From assembly GCA_937921305.1 (NCBI GenBank), contig CAKZSU010000007.1:1-43329 (forward strand): DNA of 43,329 bases, written 5' to 3'. The notes under the pieces are model-generated. The model was not told the DNA's origin, searched no databases, and saw nothing but the letters and a program-made list of their open reading frames with translations. The stretch's first letter is position 1; each line of letters begins with the position of its first letter. This DNA comes from an uncultured Patescibacteria group bacterium. Its GTDB lineage: Bacteria; Patescibacteriota; Microgenomatia; UBA10105; UBA927. The position numbers and the translations under genes were made by a program. Of this stretch, positions 16,882 to 25,185 are shown in pieces.

Positions 16882-16883
16882 CT

Positions 16884-17897
16884 ATGGAAAATCCTCGTCT
16901 AGACTTTTTGAAAAATGTTCCGCTCACCGAGCTTCATACGCACTTAGGTTTTTGCGTTTCTCCAACGATGTTATGGGAAATGGCGCACGATCAAGGGCTC
17001 AAGCTTCCAACAAAAAATTACTGGGAATTTGAACAAATGGTGACGATTTATGAACGAAAAAATTATGAAGAATACCTTATGATGTATGATCTTACAGAAA
17101 AAATTCAGTCATCCCCCGAAGCGCTGTTTTTTGCCGCGCAACACGCGGTGTCTGGCGCGTACAGAACAAACAATATCACAACGCTTGAAATCCGATTTAA
17201 TCCGATTTTGCGAAATCGCGGTGGAGAACGAGATCTGGATCATTTAATCGTCTTTGCCTTGCAAGGCATGGAGCGCGCAATGCTCAAATACCCGGTAAAA
17301 GCCGGCATTATCCTCATGATGGATCGACGATTCACCGAAGAAGAAAATGCAGGCATTGTAAAAAAAGCGATAAAGTATAAATCGCGGGGCGTTATTGGCA
17401 TCGATCTTGCCGGTCCGATCAATAGAACAGACCAAAGCAGAATGTTTCATCCATCAGACATCAGGCATCTTGTGAAACAAGCAAAAAACGCAGGGCTTGG
17501 CGTCACAATTCATACAGGAGAAGCAACAAATGTTGATGAAATGTGGGAGGTTATCCATGAACTTCAGCCTGACCGCATCGGGCACGGCATCGCGTGCGTG
17601 AACGATTCAAAACTTATGGAATATCTGCGAGATCATCATATTGTGCTGGAAACATGCCCGACATCGAATTTGCACACAAAACTCGTCCAAGATTTTGATC
17701 ACATGCGAGATATTTACGCTACACTCAAAGCAAATGGCGTTCCCTTCACAATCAACACCGATGGACCAGAAATGCAACGAACATCGCTTCGCAAGGAATT
17801 TGAATTACTCCTTCGTAATAACATTCTTACACACGAGGATATTTTGAAGGCAAACGAAGAAGCGACGCAAGCAACATTTATCCCATCAACGGTATAA
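16884..17897 (+). CDS. add: Adenosine/adenine deaminase family amidohydrolase
   Basis: Motifs LHTHLGF (HxH), HTGE, IGHG, CPTSN and INTDGP. GGGAG lies 5 nt upstream of the ATG at 16884. An alternative ATG at 16872 overlaps guaA. Confidence 0.75.
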   Translation: MENPRLDFLKNVPLTELHTHLGFCVSPTMLWEMAHDQGLKLPTKNYWEFEQMVTIYERKNYEEYLMMYDLTEKIQSSPEALFFAAQHAVSGAYRTNNITTLEIRFNPILRNRGGERDLDHLIVFALQGMERAMLKYPVKAGIILMMDRRFTEEENAGIVKKAIKYKSRGVIGIDLAGPINRTDQSRMFHPSDIRHLVKQAKNAGLGVTIHTGEATNVDEMWEVIHELQPDRIGHGIACVNDSKLMEYLRDHHIVLETCPTSNLHTKLVQDFDHMRDIYATLKANGVPFTINTDGPEMQRTSLRKEFELLLRNNILTHEDILKANEEATQATFIPSTV

Positions 17898-17909
17898 AGG
17901 AGGAAGTAT

Positions 17910-19013
17910 ATGAACGACCTATTTACTATCCCAGAATATCTTACTTACGACGATGTATTATTGCTCCCAGCGTACACGGATTTTCAACGACAAGATGTTT
18001 CTCTTGCAACAAAGCTTTCCCGACATATTTCGCTTTCTATTCCTCTTGTTTCGGCTCCGATGGATACCGTCACAGAAAGCACCCTTGCAATCGCATTGGC
18101 GCACCTCGGCGGGATAGGCATCATCCATAGAAATCTTACAATCGCTGACCAAGCTGAAGAAGTTCGGAAAGTAAGAGACCACCATCTTCCTGTCGGCGCT
18201 GCAATCGGTGTAGGCGACGGGTTTGAGCAGCGAGCTCACGCGCTTGCGGAAGCCGATGTGTCGTTTATTTGCGTTGACTCCGCACATGGATACGCAATGT
18301 CAATCATTCAAACTGTGAAACACCTCAAACGATACTTTCCTCACCTTGATGTTATGGCGGGAAATGTGGCGACATGCGACGGCGCGAAAGCGTTAATTGA
18401 GGCTGGTGCGGACAGTATCCGAGTTGGCATGGGACCGGGCGCAATTTGCACGACACGAATTGTTTCCGGCATGGGCGTTCCTCAATTAACCGCTATTGTA
18501 GAATGCACAAAAGCGGCGAAAGACACTGATGTGCCCATCATCGCAGATGGGGGAATTAAGTATTCAGGAGATATGGTGAAAGCGCTTGCTGCGGGAGCAT
18601 CGGCGGTGATGATGGGCCGGATGTTTGCCCAATGCGAAGAAGCGCCAGGGGAAATCATTGAGCATGAAGGAAAACGGTACAAAACCTATCGAGGCATGGG
18701 ATCAATCGGCGCGATGCAACGAGGAGCGCGCATAAAATCAGAGGATGAATTTCATGGAAAAAACTACAAAGACCGCGTTCTTGTGGCAGAAGGCGTGGAG
18801 GGACTTGTGCCAGTATCAGGAACTGTCAAAGATGTTGTTGATCAGATGATTGGAGGCATAACATCAGGCATGTACTATGTGGGGTGCAAAACGATTCAAG
18901 AATTACACACAAAAGCGCAATTTATCAAAATTACGCAGGCGTCGTTGACGGAAAGCCATCCGCACAATCTGATTATCACGAATCCGGGGAAAAATTACGG
19001 AAATAACACATAA
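17910..19013 (+). CDS. guaB: IMP dehydrogenase lacking the CBS (Bateman) subdomain
   Basis: [17 protein letters not shown], the catalytic loop [23 protein letters not shown] and [10 protein letters not shown]. 367 aa. AAAGGAGG SD 6 nt upstream. Confidence 0.92.
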   Translation: MNDLFTIPEYLTYDDVLLLPAYTDFQRQDVSLATKLSRHISLSIPLVSAPMDTVTESTLAIALAHLGGIGIIHRNLTIADQAEEVRKVRDHHLPVGAAIGVGDGFEQRAHALAEADVSFICVDSAHGYAMSIIQTVKHLKRYFPHLDVMAGNVATCDGAKALIEAGADSIRVGMGPGAICTTRIVSGMGVPQLTAIVECTKAAKDTDVPIIADGGIKYSGDMVKALAAGASAVMMGRMFAQCEEAPGEIIEHEGKRYKTYRGMGSIGAMQRGARIKSEDEFHGKNYKDRVLVAEGVEGLVPVSGTVKDVVDQMIGGITSGMYYVGCKTIQELHTKAQFIKITQASLTESHPHNLIITNPGKNYGNNT

Positions 19014-19063
19014 TTTTTTCTTCAAACTTTAATCAAACATTCACTAATTTTTCGAAGAAAATA

Positions 19064-19657
19064 TTAGATTTCTTGAAAGACGACATCTTCTGGCAGTGAA
19101 AACAATGATTCATCAACTCCCCAAGGACGACATTGATAAGTGTACGCCGCCATAAATGACTCAGCTTGCGCTTTCATTTCCGGCGTAATATCTGACGAAA
19201 GAACTTCCATCTTTTCCTGTGGATACTTTGTACCATAGGCGACGGTATCATTCATTTTTCCCCATGTATACACCATGCCGTCTCGGAAAATCATGTAGGC
19301 GTCAATCACCATGCCTTCCATTAGTTCTTGCTTCGCTTCTGTTCGAACCATCCCATTTCCCGCGTATAATACTCCTTGCAACGGCTCCCTTCCTTCTATA
19401 GACGACGCGGTCCATGCGCATTCAATATTTTTTCCTGACGCAGCAACATCCATGAAAGTTCCAGAAAATGTTTCCGTGTATTCATCGGTCAAACTTCGAT
19501 TCTCTTCAGTTTCTTCTATTTGATTCATAAGAAATGCTTGATTCTTAAACACTGTTTGACGAAGGATAATGTATCCTCCGGTTACCGTCACCAGTCCGAC
19601 TAACGCGAGAACAATGAGAACGATAAGAATGTTTCCTGATTGAGATTTAGCATTCAT
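19064..19657 (-). CDS. Membrane-anchored hypothetical protein
   Basis: 197 aa with an N-terminal TM anchor (ILIVLIVLALVGLVTVTGGYIIL) followed by a soluble acidic domain containing two Cys. No family recognised. Confidence 0.55.
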   Translation of the reverse strand: MNAKSQSGNILIVLIVLALVGLVTVTGGYIILRQTVFKNQAFLMNQIEETEENRSLTDEYTETFSGTFMDVAASGKNIECAWTASSIEGREPLQGVLYAGNGMVRTEAKQELMEGMVIDAYMIFRDGMVYTWGKMNDTVAYGTKYPQEKMEVLSSDITPEMKAQAESFMAAYTYQCRPWGVDESLFSLPEDVVFQEI

Positions 19658-19762
19658 ACTATGACTTTATATGAATACTGATAGGATGTAAAGAGCTAAT
19701 ATCTTAAAAATAAGAAAAACACTTTAAGACTAGAAGGCCATTCTTCTTATTTTTTCTTCTCC

Positions 19763-19788
19763 TGTCATCCTGAATTTATTTCAGAATC
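19763..19788. repeat. Third copy of the short hairpin repeat unit
   Basis: TGTCATCCTGAATTTATTTCAGAATC contains the internal hairpin CTGAA-TTTAT-TTCAG. It matches the units at 10441-10494 at about 18 of 25 positions. It lies about 90 nt downstream of the gapN stop, in the same orientation relative to the upstream gene as the nrdR-proximal copy. Confidence 0.55.
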
Positions 19789-19878
19789 TGAAGAAAAATG
19801 AAGAACATATCTACTATTCACAGGACTCAACCTTACATACACTCAATACTTGAGAATGAACAAATACAGACATACACT

Positions 19879-21363
19879 TCACTCAGTTGGATTCACCACC
19901 ACAGACTTTAACCTACTCATTGCCTCAAGCGAATACCGAATTCCTTGTACACCCAGTCCAGACGCTTTTATCCCCATGAACGGGAAATGGTCTGGCCCGC
20001 GTTGTGGCGATCCGTTTATTTGCACTGTTCCAACAGGCAACCGATCCGCAATCCGACGCGCAGCAGATTCATGCAAAGAAAAAACGCTCGCTTGCAAGCC
20101 ATACGCAGATGACGCAATAATTTCGATCGCTTCATCAATGGAAGCAATATCAATAAACGATACAATAGGACCAAAGGTTTCTTCTTTCACAACGCGCATA
20201 TCGTTTGATACATTGGTTAAAATCGTTGGATCGATATACGCGCCTCGTCTACTTCCTCCTGAGACAATTGTCGCGCCTTGGGAAACAGCATCTTGAATAA
20301 CGCGTTCTATCTCTTCCGCAGCCTTCTCGGAAATCACCGGACCAACAAGACTTGTTGCGTCGTCTCGAGGGTCGCCGACATGAATCATTGTGTTCATGTA
20401 TTCCAACACGAGAGGAAGAAGGCGATCTCGCGTTTCTTTCATCGCAAGTACATACTTTATACCTGTGCATCGTTGCCCCGCGTACGCAAACCCCCCTCTC
20501 ACGATTTCTTTTGCGGTTAATGACATGTCCGCATCCGGAAGAACAACAACCGGATTATTTCCTCCGCACTCACATAACAATGGCTTCATACCAACCCGTT
20601 GCGCCATTGCCTGCCCAACACTTGAACTGCCAGTAAACGCGATCATGGAAATTCCAGGATGCGTCGTAAGATAATCCCCAATTTCTCTTCCCTCTCCTGT
20701 TATACAACTGATGATGTTTTTGGGAATACCTGCTTTCACAAACGCTTGTGTCAACATCAATCCCGATATACTTCCCTGTGTTGGCGGTTTGACAACGACC
20801 GCGTTTCCCATGAGAAGGGCGGGTGCTACTTTCGACGCGACAAGATTCAAAGGATAATTAAATGGTCCAATGGCAAGAATAACACCATGCGGAACGCGTT
20901 CAACATGCGACACAATATCCTCTTTATATCCCGGAAACACATCGCTTTTGATCGCATAGCCGTAGAGATTTATCACTTCATACGTGCAAAATTCAATACT
21001 ATCCGCTGTTCTCAACACTTCACTTTTTGCTTCATACCTGCTTTTCCCAATTTCAACAATAAGCATCTCAGTGAAAAAAGATTCATAATCCCGAAGAATC
21101 TGCGCGGCACGCTTGATCATCGTCATTTTTTCTTTCAGTGATACATGTCGCCACTCTTGCTGCGCTCTTGCGGCGCGCTGAATCACATCGTCAATTTCTT
21201 CTCGTGTCACAGCCTGTACATATCCAATGATCGATCCATCATGAGGAAAATGAATAGGAATACACCGTCCCGACGAGCTTGTTTTCCATGAAACTCCATT
21301 AAAATATCGATATGTTTTTGGATTGTCTCGTTGTTTTATGTCTTGAAACAAATTATCAGTCAT
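19879..21363 (-). CDS. gapN: Non-phosphorylating NADP-dependent glyceraldehyde-3-phosphate dehydrogenase (GapN-type aldehyde dehydrogenase)
   Basis: FNYPLNLVASKVAPALLMGNAVVVKPPTQGSISGL closely resembles the Streptococcus GapN segment as I recall it. Catalytic LCECGGNNP and EETFGPIV. Confidence 0.8.
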   Translation of the reverse strand: MTDNLFQDIKQRDNPKTYRYFNGVSWKTSSSGRCIPIHFPHDGSIIGYVQAVTREEIDDVIQRAARAQQEWRHVSLKEKMTMIKRAAQILRDYESFFTEMLIVEIGKSRYEAKSEVLRTADSIEFCTYEVINLYGYAIKSDVFPGYKEDIVSHVERVPHGVILAIGPFNYPLNLVASKVAPALLMGNAVVVKPPTQGSISGLMLTQAFVKAGIPKNIISCITGEGREIGDYLTTHPGISMIAFTGSSSVGQAMAQRVGMKPLLCECGGNNPVVVLPDADMSLTAKEIVRGGFAYAGQRCTGIKYVLAMKETRDRLLPLVLEYMNTMIHVGDPRDDATSLVGPVISEKAAEEIERVIQDAVSQGATIVSGGSRRGAYIDPTILTNVSNDMRVVKEETFGPIVSFIDIASIDEAIEIIASSAYGLQASVFSLHESAARRIADRLPVGTVQINGSPQRGPDHFPFMGIKASGLGVQGIRYSLEAMSRLKSVVVNPTE

Positions 21364-21372
21364 ATATCAGCA

Positions 21373-22104
21373 CTATACACAATATTTCACGATACAAACA
21401 GTCATATTATCGGTGTTACGATGATGTTCCGCAAGAAAGCACAATGTTTTGGCAGCGTCTTGCAATGATTCTTGTGTATTTTCCACGCGAGACACCACAT
21501 CATGAATTTCTTGTTCAGAAACGACATCCACTACCCCGTCTGTCGCAAGAATGAACATATCATTTGGACGAAATCTATCTGAATAAAAAAACATTTCTGG
21601 AGGATTCGGGTCAATCCCAATCGCGCGAGTAATATACCCATGTGAATCTCGATGTATTGGCGTCAACAGCACAATTGATTGGTTGCGAAAGAGATAAATC
21701 CGAGAATCTCCAACATGACAAATATAAAAATTTTTCTCGGCAAAAAATAACAATGACATCGTACTTCCCAGCCCCAACGCAAACCCTTCATCCTTGCGTT
21801 TATTGTACACGCGAAGATTGATAAACCGAATCATTTTTTGGACAAGAAGTCTTTTTTCTTTCCATTCCGATGGTTTTTGCTTTCCCAAGCGAACCGCCCA
21901 TACCGCAGATTCAACCGTTAACGCGGAAGCAACATCGCCATGAGGAAGTCCACCAATTCCATCAGCAATAACAAAAATATGATCGCTGTCATGAAACACG
22001 GCATCTTCCTGTTGAGGACGGTTCCCTTGCAATTGATATGACGCGGAAAGAACTGTTCTTGACGCAACCTTATACTTTAATCCAATAGGATCAGGAAGTC
22101 GCAT
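21373..22104 (-). CDS. PP2C-family Ser/Thr protein phosphatase
   Basis: [30 protein letters not shown] and DNMTVCIV motifs. 243 aa. The start overlaps the sod stop by 14 nt. Confidence 0.85.
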   Translation of the reverse strand: MRLPDPIGLKYKVASRTVLSASYQLQGNRPQQEDAVFHDSDHIFVIADGIGGLPHGDVASALTVESAVWAVRLGKQKPSEWKEKRLLVQKMIRFINLRVYNKRKDEGFALGLGSTMSLLFFAEKNFYICHVGDSRIYLFRNQSIVLLTPIHRDSHGYITRAIGIDPNPPEMFFYSDRFRPNDMFILATDGVVDVVSEQEIHDVVSRVENTQESLQDAAKTLCFLAEHHRNTDNMTVCIVKYCV

Positions 22105-22696
22105 ATCGTCGTTCTACTTCTGTCCAATTCACCACATGCCACCACGCTTGAATATATTCTGCGCGTCTGTTTTGATACTTGAGATAATATGCGTGCTCCC
22201 ACACATCGAGACCAAGAATCGGCGTCTTTCCTTCCATCAACGGATTATCTTGATTCGGCGCATCCACAATCTTTACCGATCCGTCTGATTCCTTAACCAA
22301 CCACACCCAACCGCTCCCAAAGCGTCCCATACCTTTCGTAGAAAAATGCTCCTTGAATGTTTCAAAGCTTCCGCACTCTCGGATTATCGCGTCTAACAAC
22401 GCTCCAGACGGTTGAGTTGATCCACCCGGCTTCATGATGTCCCAAAACAAGGTGTGATTATAATGTCCACCACCATCATTTCGAACTTTTCCCCGAATAT
22501 CTTCAGGGATCTGATCAAGATTCGCCAGAATCTCTTCTATAGAAGTTTCAAACCACGCGGGATATTTCGACAACGCGTCGTTGAGATTTGCCACATACGC
22601 GCCGTGATGCTTATCGTGATGAATTTGCATTGTTTGTTCATCGATATATGGCTCTAATGCGTTATATGCGTATGGAAGATCGGGAAGCGTAAACAT
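22091..22696 (-). CDS. sodA: Fe/Mn superoxide dismutase
   Basis: HHDKHH and [15 protein letters not shown] metal-ligand motifs. 201 aa. AAAGGAGG SD upstream. The Fe versus Mn type is not resolved. Confidence 0.92.
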   Translation of the reverse strand: MFTLPDLPYAYNALEPYIDEQTMQIHHDKHHGAYVANLNDALSKYPAWFETSIEEILANLDQIPEDIRGKVRNDGGGHYNHTLFWDIMKPGGSTQPSGALLDAIIRECGSFETFKEHFSTKGMGRFGSGWVWLVKESDGSVKIVDAPNQDNPLMEGKTPILGLDVWEHAYYLKYQNRRAEYIQAWWHVVNWTEVERRYATS

Positions 22697-22790
22697 AGAA
22701 CCTCCTTTATAAAAATTTTCCGTATCGTTGTGTCATTTACTCTAGCAAATCAAAGAGCAAAAGAGCAAGATAGGAATATTAAAGAATAAT

Positions 22791-22819
22791 TTTAGATACA
22801 ATCAAACCTACGGTATAAT
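22791..22819 (+). promoter_or_regulatory. Candidate promoter TTTAGA-17 nt-TATAAT ending 6 nt before the PBP1A-1 ATG
   Basis: TATAAT at 22814-22819, then CGTGCT and the ATG at 22826. The -35 is weak and there is no SD. Confidence 0.4.
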
Positions 22820-22825
22820 CGTGCT

Positions 22826-25090
22826 ATGGCAAAACGATCAAAACAGCGACAAAAAAAATCATCGTCTATCCCAAAAAAACGCGAGTCAACAACAAAACGA
22901 TGGCGATTCCAAAATTTCCATAATCGCAACAAATTCCGAATGATTCTCATGGGAGGAACGGCAATGGCGATTGGCTTTATTGTCTTCCTCTATTTTTTTA
23001 TTTTCAAAGATCTCACTTCTCCAACTAAACTTGGCGAGTATGACATTCCGCTTGCGACAAAAATATACGACCGAAACGGAACGCTCTTATTTGACATTTT
23101 TGCGGAAGAAAATAGAACCTACATCCCTCTTTCCGATATTCCTCTTCATCTTCAACAAGCGACAATCGCGATAGAAGACAAGACATTTTATCAGCATCAA
23201 GGCGTTAACCCCATTGGAGGGATACTTCGAGCCGCGATAGCAACAATCACAGGAAGACAGTTGCAAGGCGGATCAACCATCACCCAACAATTGGTAAAAA
23301 ACGCGTTACTTTCTTCGGAACGGACCGTGCAACGAAAACTTCGAGAAATTGTTCTCGCAATCCTTGTGGAAATGCAATATCCAAAAGAAAAAATTCTTGA
23401 ACTATATCTGAATCAAGTGCCGTACGGCGGAACGGCATGGGGGGTTGAGTCGGCGGCGCAAAAATACTTTGGCAAACGAGCCAAAGAGTTAACGCTTGCT
23501 GAGTCGGCGCTTCTTGCCGGACTTCCACAAGCGCCATCTCTCTATTCGCCGTTTGGACCACATCCAGAACGAGCGAAGGAACGACAAAAAGATGTGCTTC
23601 GACGAATGGTGGAAGATAAGTACATTACCCAAGAAGACGCTGATGCGGCGATAAACGAACCGCTTGTTTACAAACAAGAGACAAATATTAAAGCGCCACA
23701 TTTCATCATGTATGTCAAGCATCTCCTTGAACAGAAATATGGACAAGCAAGAGTTGAACGAGGCGGGTTACGCGTTACAACAACATTAGATTTGCCTCTT
23801 CAAGAATACGCGCAAGCCACGGTCGCGGCAGAAATTAAATCCCTAGAAAGACTTCGCGTTGGCAACGGCGCAGCGCTCATCACAAAACCAGCAACAGGAG
23901 AAATTCTGGTGATGGTTGGAAGCGCCGACTACTTCGCCACACCTTCTGGAAACTTCAATGTCACCACAGCGCTTCGTCAACCCGGTTCGGCAATCAAACC
24001 CATCAATTACGCCATGGGCATAGAACGAAAACTCGTCACTCCAGCAACGATGTTCTTGGATATCCCCACATGTTTTGCCGGAGGACCGGGACAACCGTCG
24101 TACTGCCCCAAAAATTATGACGGATCGTTTCGCGGCCCTGTGCACCTTCGATTCGCGCTCGGAAATTCCTACAACATCCCCGCGGTAAAAATGCTCAAAA
24201 TGAACACCGTAAGAGATTTTGTCGCCTCGGCAAGCGCGTTCGGTCTTGACACGATTAAAAATCCAGACAGATACGGTCTATCCCTCACGCTCGGCGGCGG
24301 AGAAGTTCGTATGACAGATATGGCAGAGGCATTCAGCGTGTTTGCAAATGGCGGCATACGAAAAGATCTTGTCGCGATTCTTCGCGTCGTTGACAAAAAT
24401 GGAGCCATTCTTGAAAAATATAAAGACGAAAATCTTAATAGGGATCCCCCATCGCAATCGGTCATTCAAGGTGAACGCGTCATCTCAACGGAAACCGCTT
24501 TTCTCATTTCTCATATCTTGCTTGACAATAACGCGCGGTCCGCGGCGTTTGGACCAAACTCAAACCTTGTCATTCCGGGAAAAGCCGTATCAGTAAAAAC
24601 CGGAACAACTGACGATCTTCGAGATAACTGGACGATTGGATACACACCGAACTACCTCGTCGCAGTATGGGTTGGCAATAATGACTATAGCCCAATGAAT
24701 CGATCTCTTGTTTCCGGCGTGACTGGCGCCGCTCCAATTTGGAACAAATTGATGAGAAAAGTATTAGAAGGAAAACCTGACATGTGGCCGCAAAAACCAT
24801 CAGGCGTCGTCGGCACCGAAGTATGCGCAATCACAGGATTATTGCCACCAAATGAAAACGGAGACAAAGGATGTGCGACGCGATTTGAATATTTTATTGA
24901 AGGAACCGTACCAAAAGAACGAGAGCAACTACGACAATTTGCCATTATCGATAAAGAAACACAAAATATCGCCGAACCGGGAAAAACAGAAAACACAGAA
25001 CTGCAAGAACGACAAGTGGTGAAAGACGCGTTTTCCACATACTGTCTTGACTGCCCACAAGAAGGTAGAAGACCAACATTCGTGCGATAA
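22826..25090 (+). CDS. Bifunctional class A penicillin-binding protein (PBP1A: GT51 transglycosylase + transpeptidase), copy 1
   Basis: EDKTFYQHQG, GGSTITQQ and RKLREI (GT51). SAIK, SYN and KTGT (transpeptidase). Basic N-terminal tail plus a TM anchor. Confidence 0.92.
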   Translation: MAKRSKQRQKKSSSIPKKRESTTKRWRFQNFHNRNKFRMILMGGTAMAIGFIVFLYFFIFKDLTSPTKLGEYDIPLATKIYDRNGTLLFDIFAEENRTYIPLSDIPLHLQQATIAIEDKTFYQHQGVNPIGGILRAAIATITGRQLQGGSTITQQLVKNALLSSERTVQRKLREIVLAILVEMQYPKEKILELYLNQVPYGGTAWGVESAAQKYFGKRAKELTLAESALLAGLPQAPSLYSPFGPHPERAKERQKDVLRRMVEDKYITQEDADAAINEPLVYKQETNIKAPHFIMYVKHLLEQKYGQARVERGGLRVTTTLDLPLQEYAQATVAAEIKSLERLRVGNGAALITKPATGEILVMVGSADYFATPSGNFNVTTALRQPGSAIKPINYAMGIERKLVTPATMFLDIPTCFAGGPGQPSYCPKNYDGSFRGPVHLRFALGNSYNIPAVKMLKMNTVRDFVASASAFGLDTIKNPDRYGLSLTLGGGEVRMTDMAEAFSVFANGGIRKDLVAILRVVDKNGAILEKYKDENLNRDPPSQSVIQGERVISTETAFLISHILLDNNARSAAFGPNSNLVIPGKAVSVKTGTTDDLRDNWTIGYTPNYLVAVWVGNNDYSPMNRSLVSGVTGAAPIWNKLMRKVLEGKPDMWPQKPSGVVGTEVCAITGLLPPNENGDKGCATRFEYFIEGTVPKEREQLRQFAIIDKETQNIAEPGKTENTELQERQVVKDAFSTYCLDCPQEGRRPTFVR

Positions 25091-25113
25091 CCTTCTGAAT
25101 ACGAAAAACATAT

Positions 25114-25140
25114 ATATCTCAACAAGACGAGATATTTTCT
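25114..25140 (+). terminator. Weak hairpin + T-tract after PBP1A-1
   Basis: ATATCTC-AACAAGAC-GAGATAT followed by TTTCT. The stem is AU-rich, so this is a marginal intrinsic terminator. Confidence 0.3.
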
Positions 25141-25185
25141 ATATTGTCTCTCTCATTTTCTTCATGATATAAGCACGATGTATCT

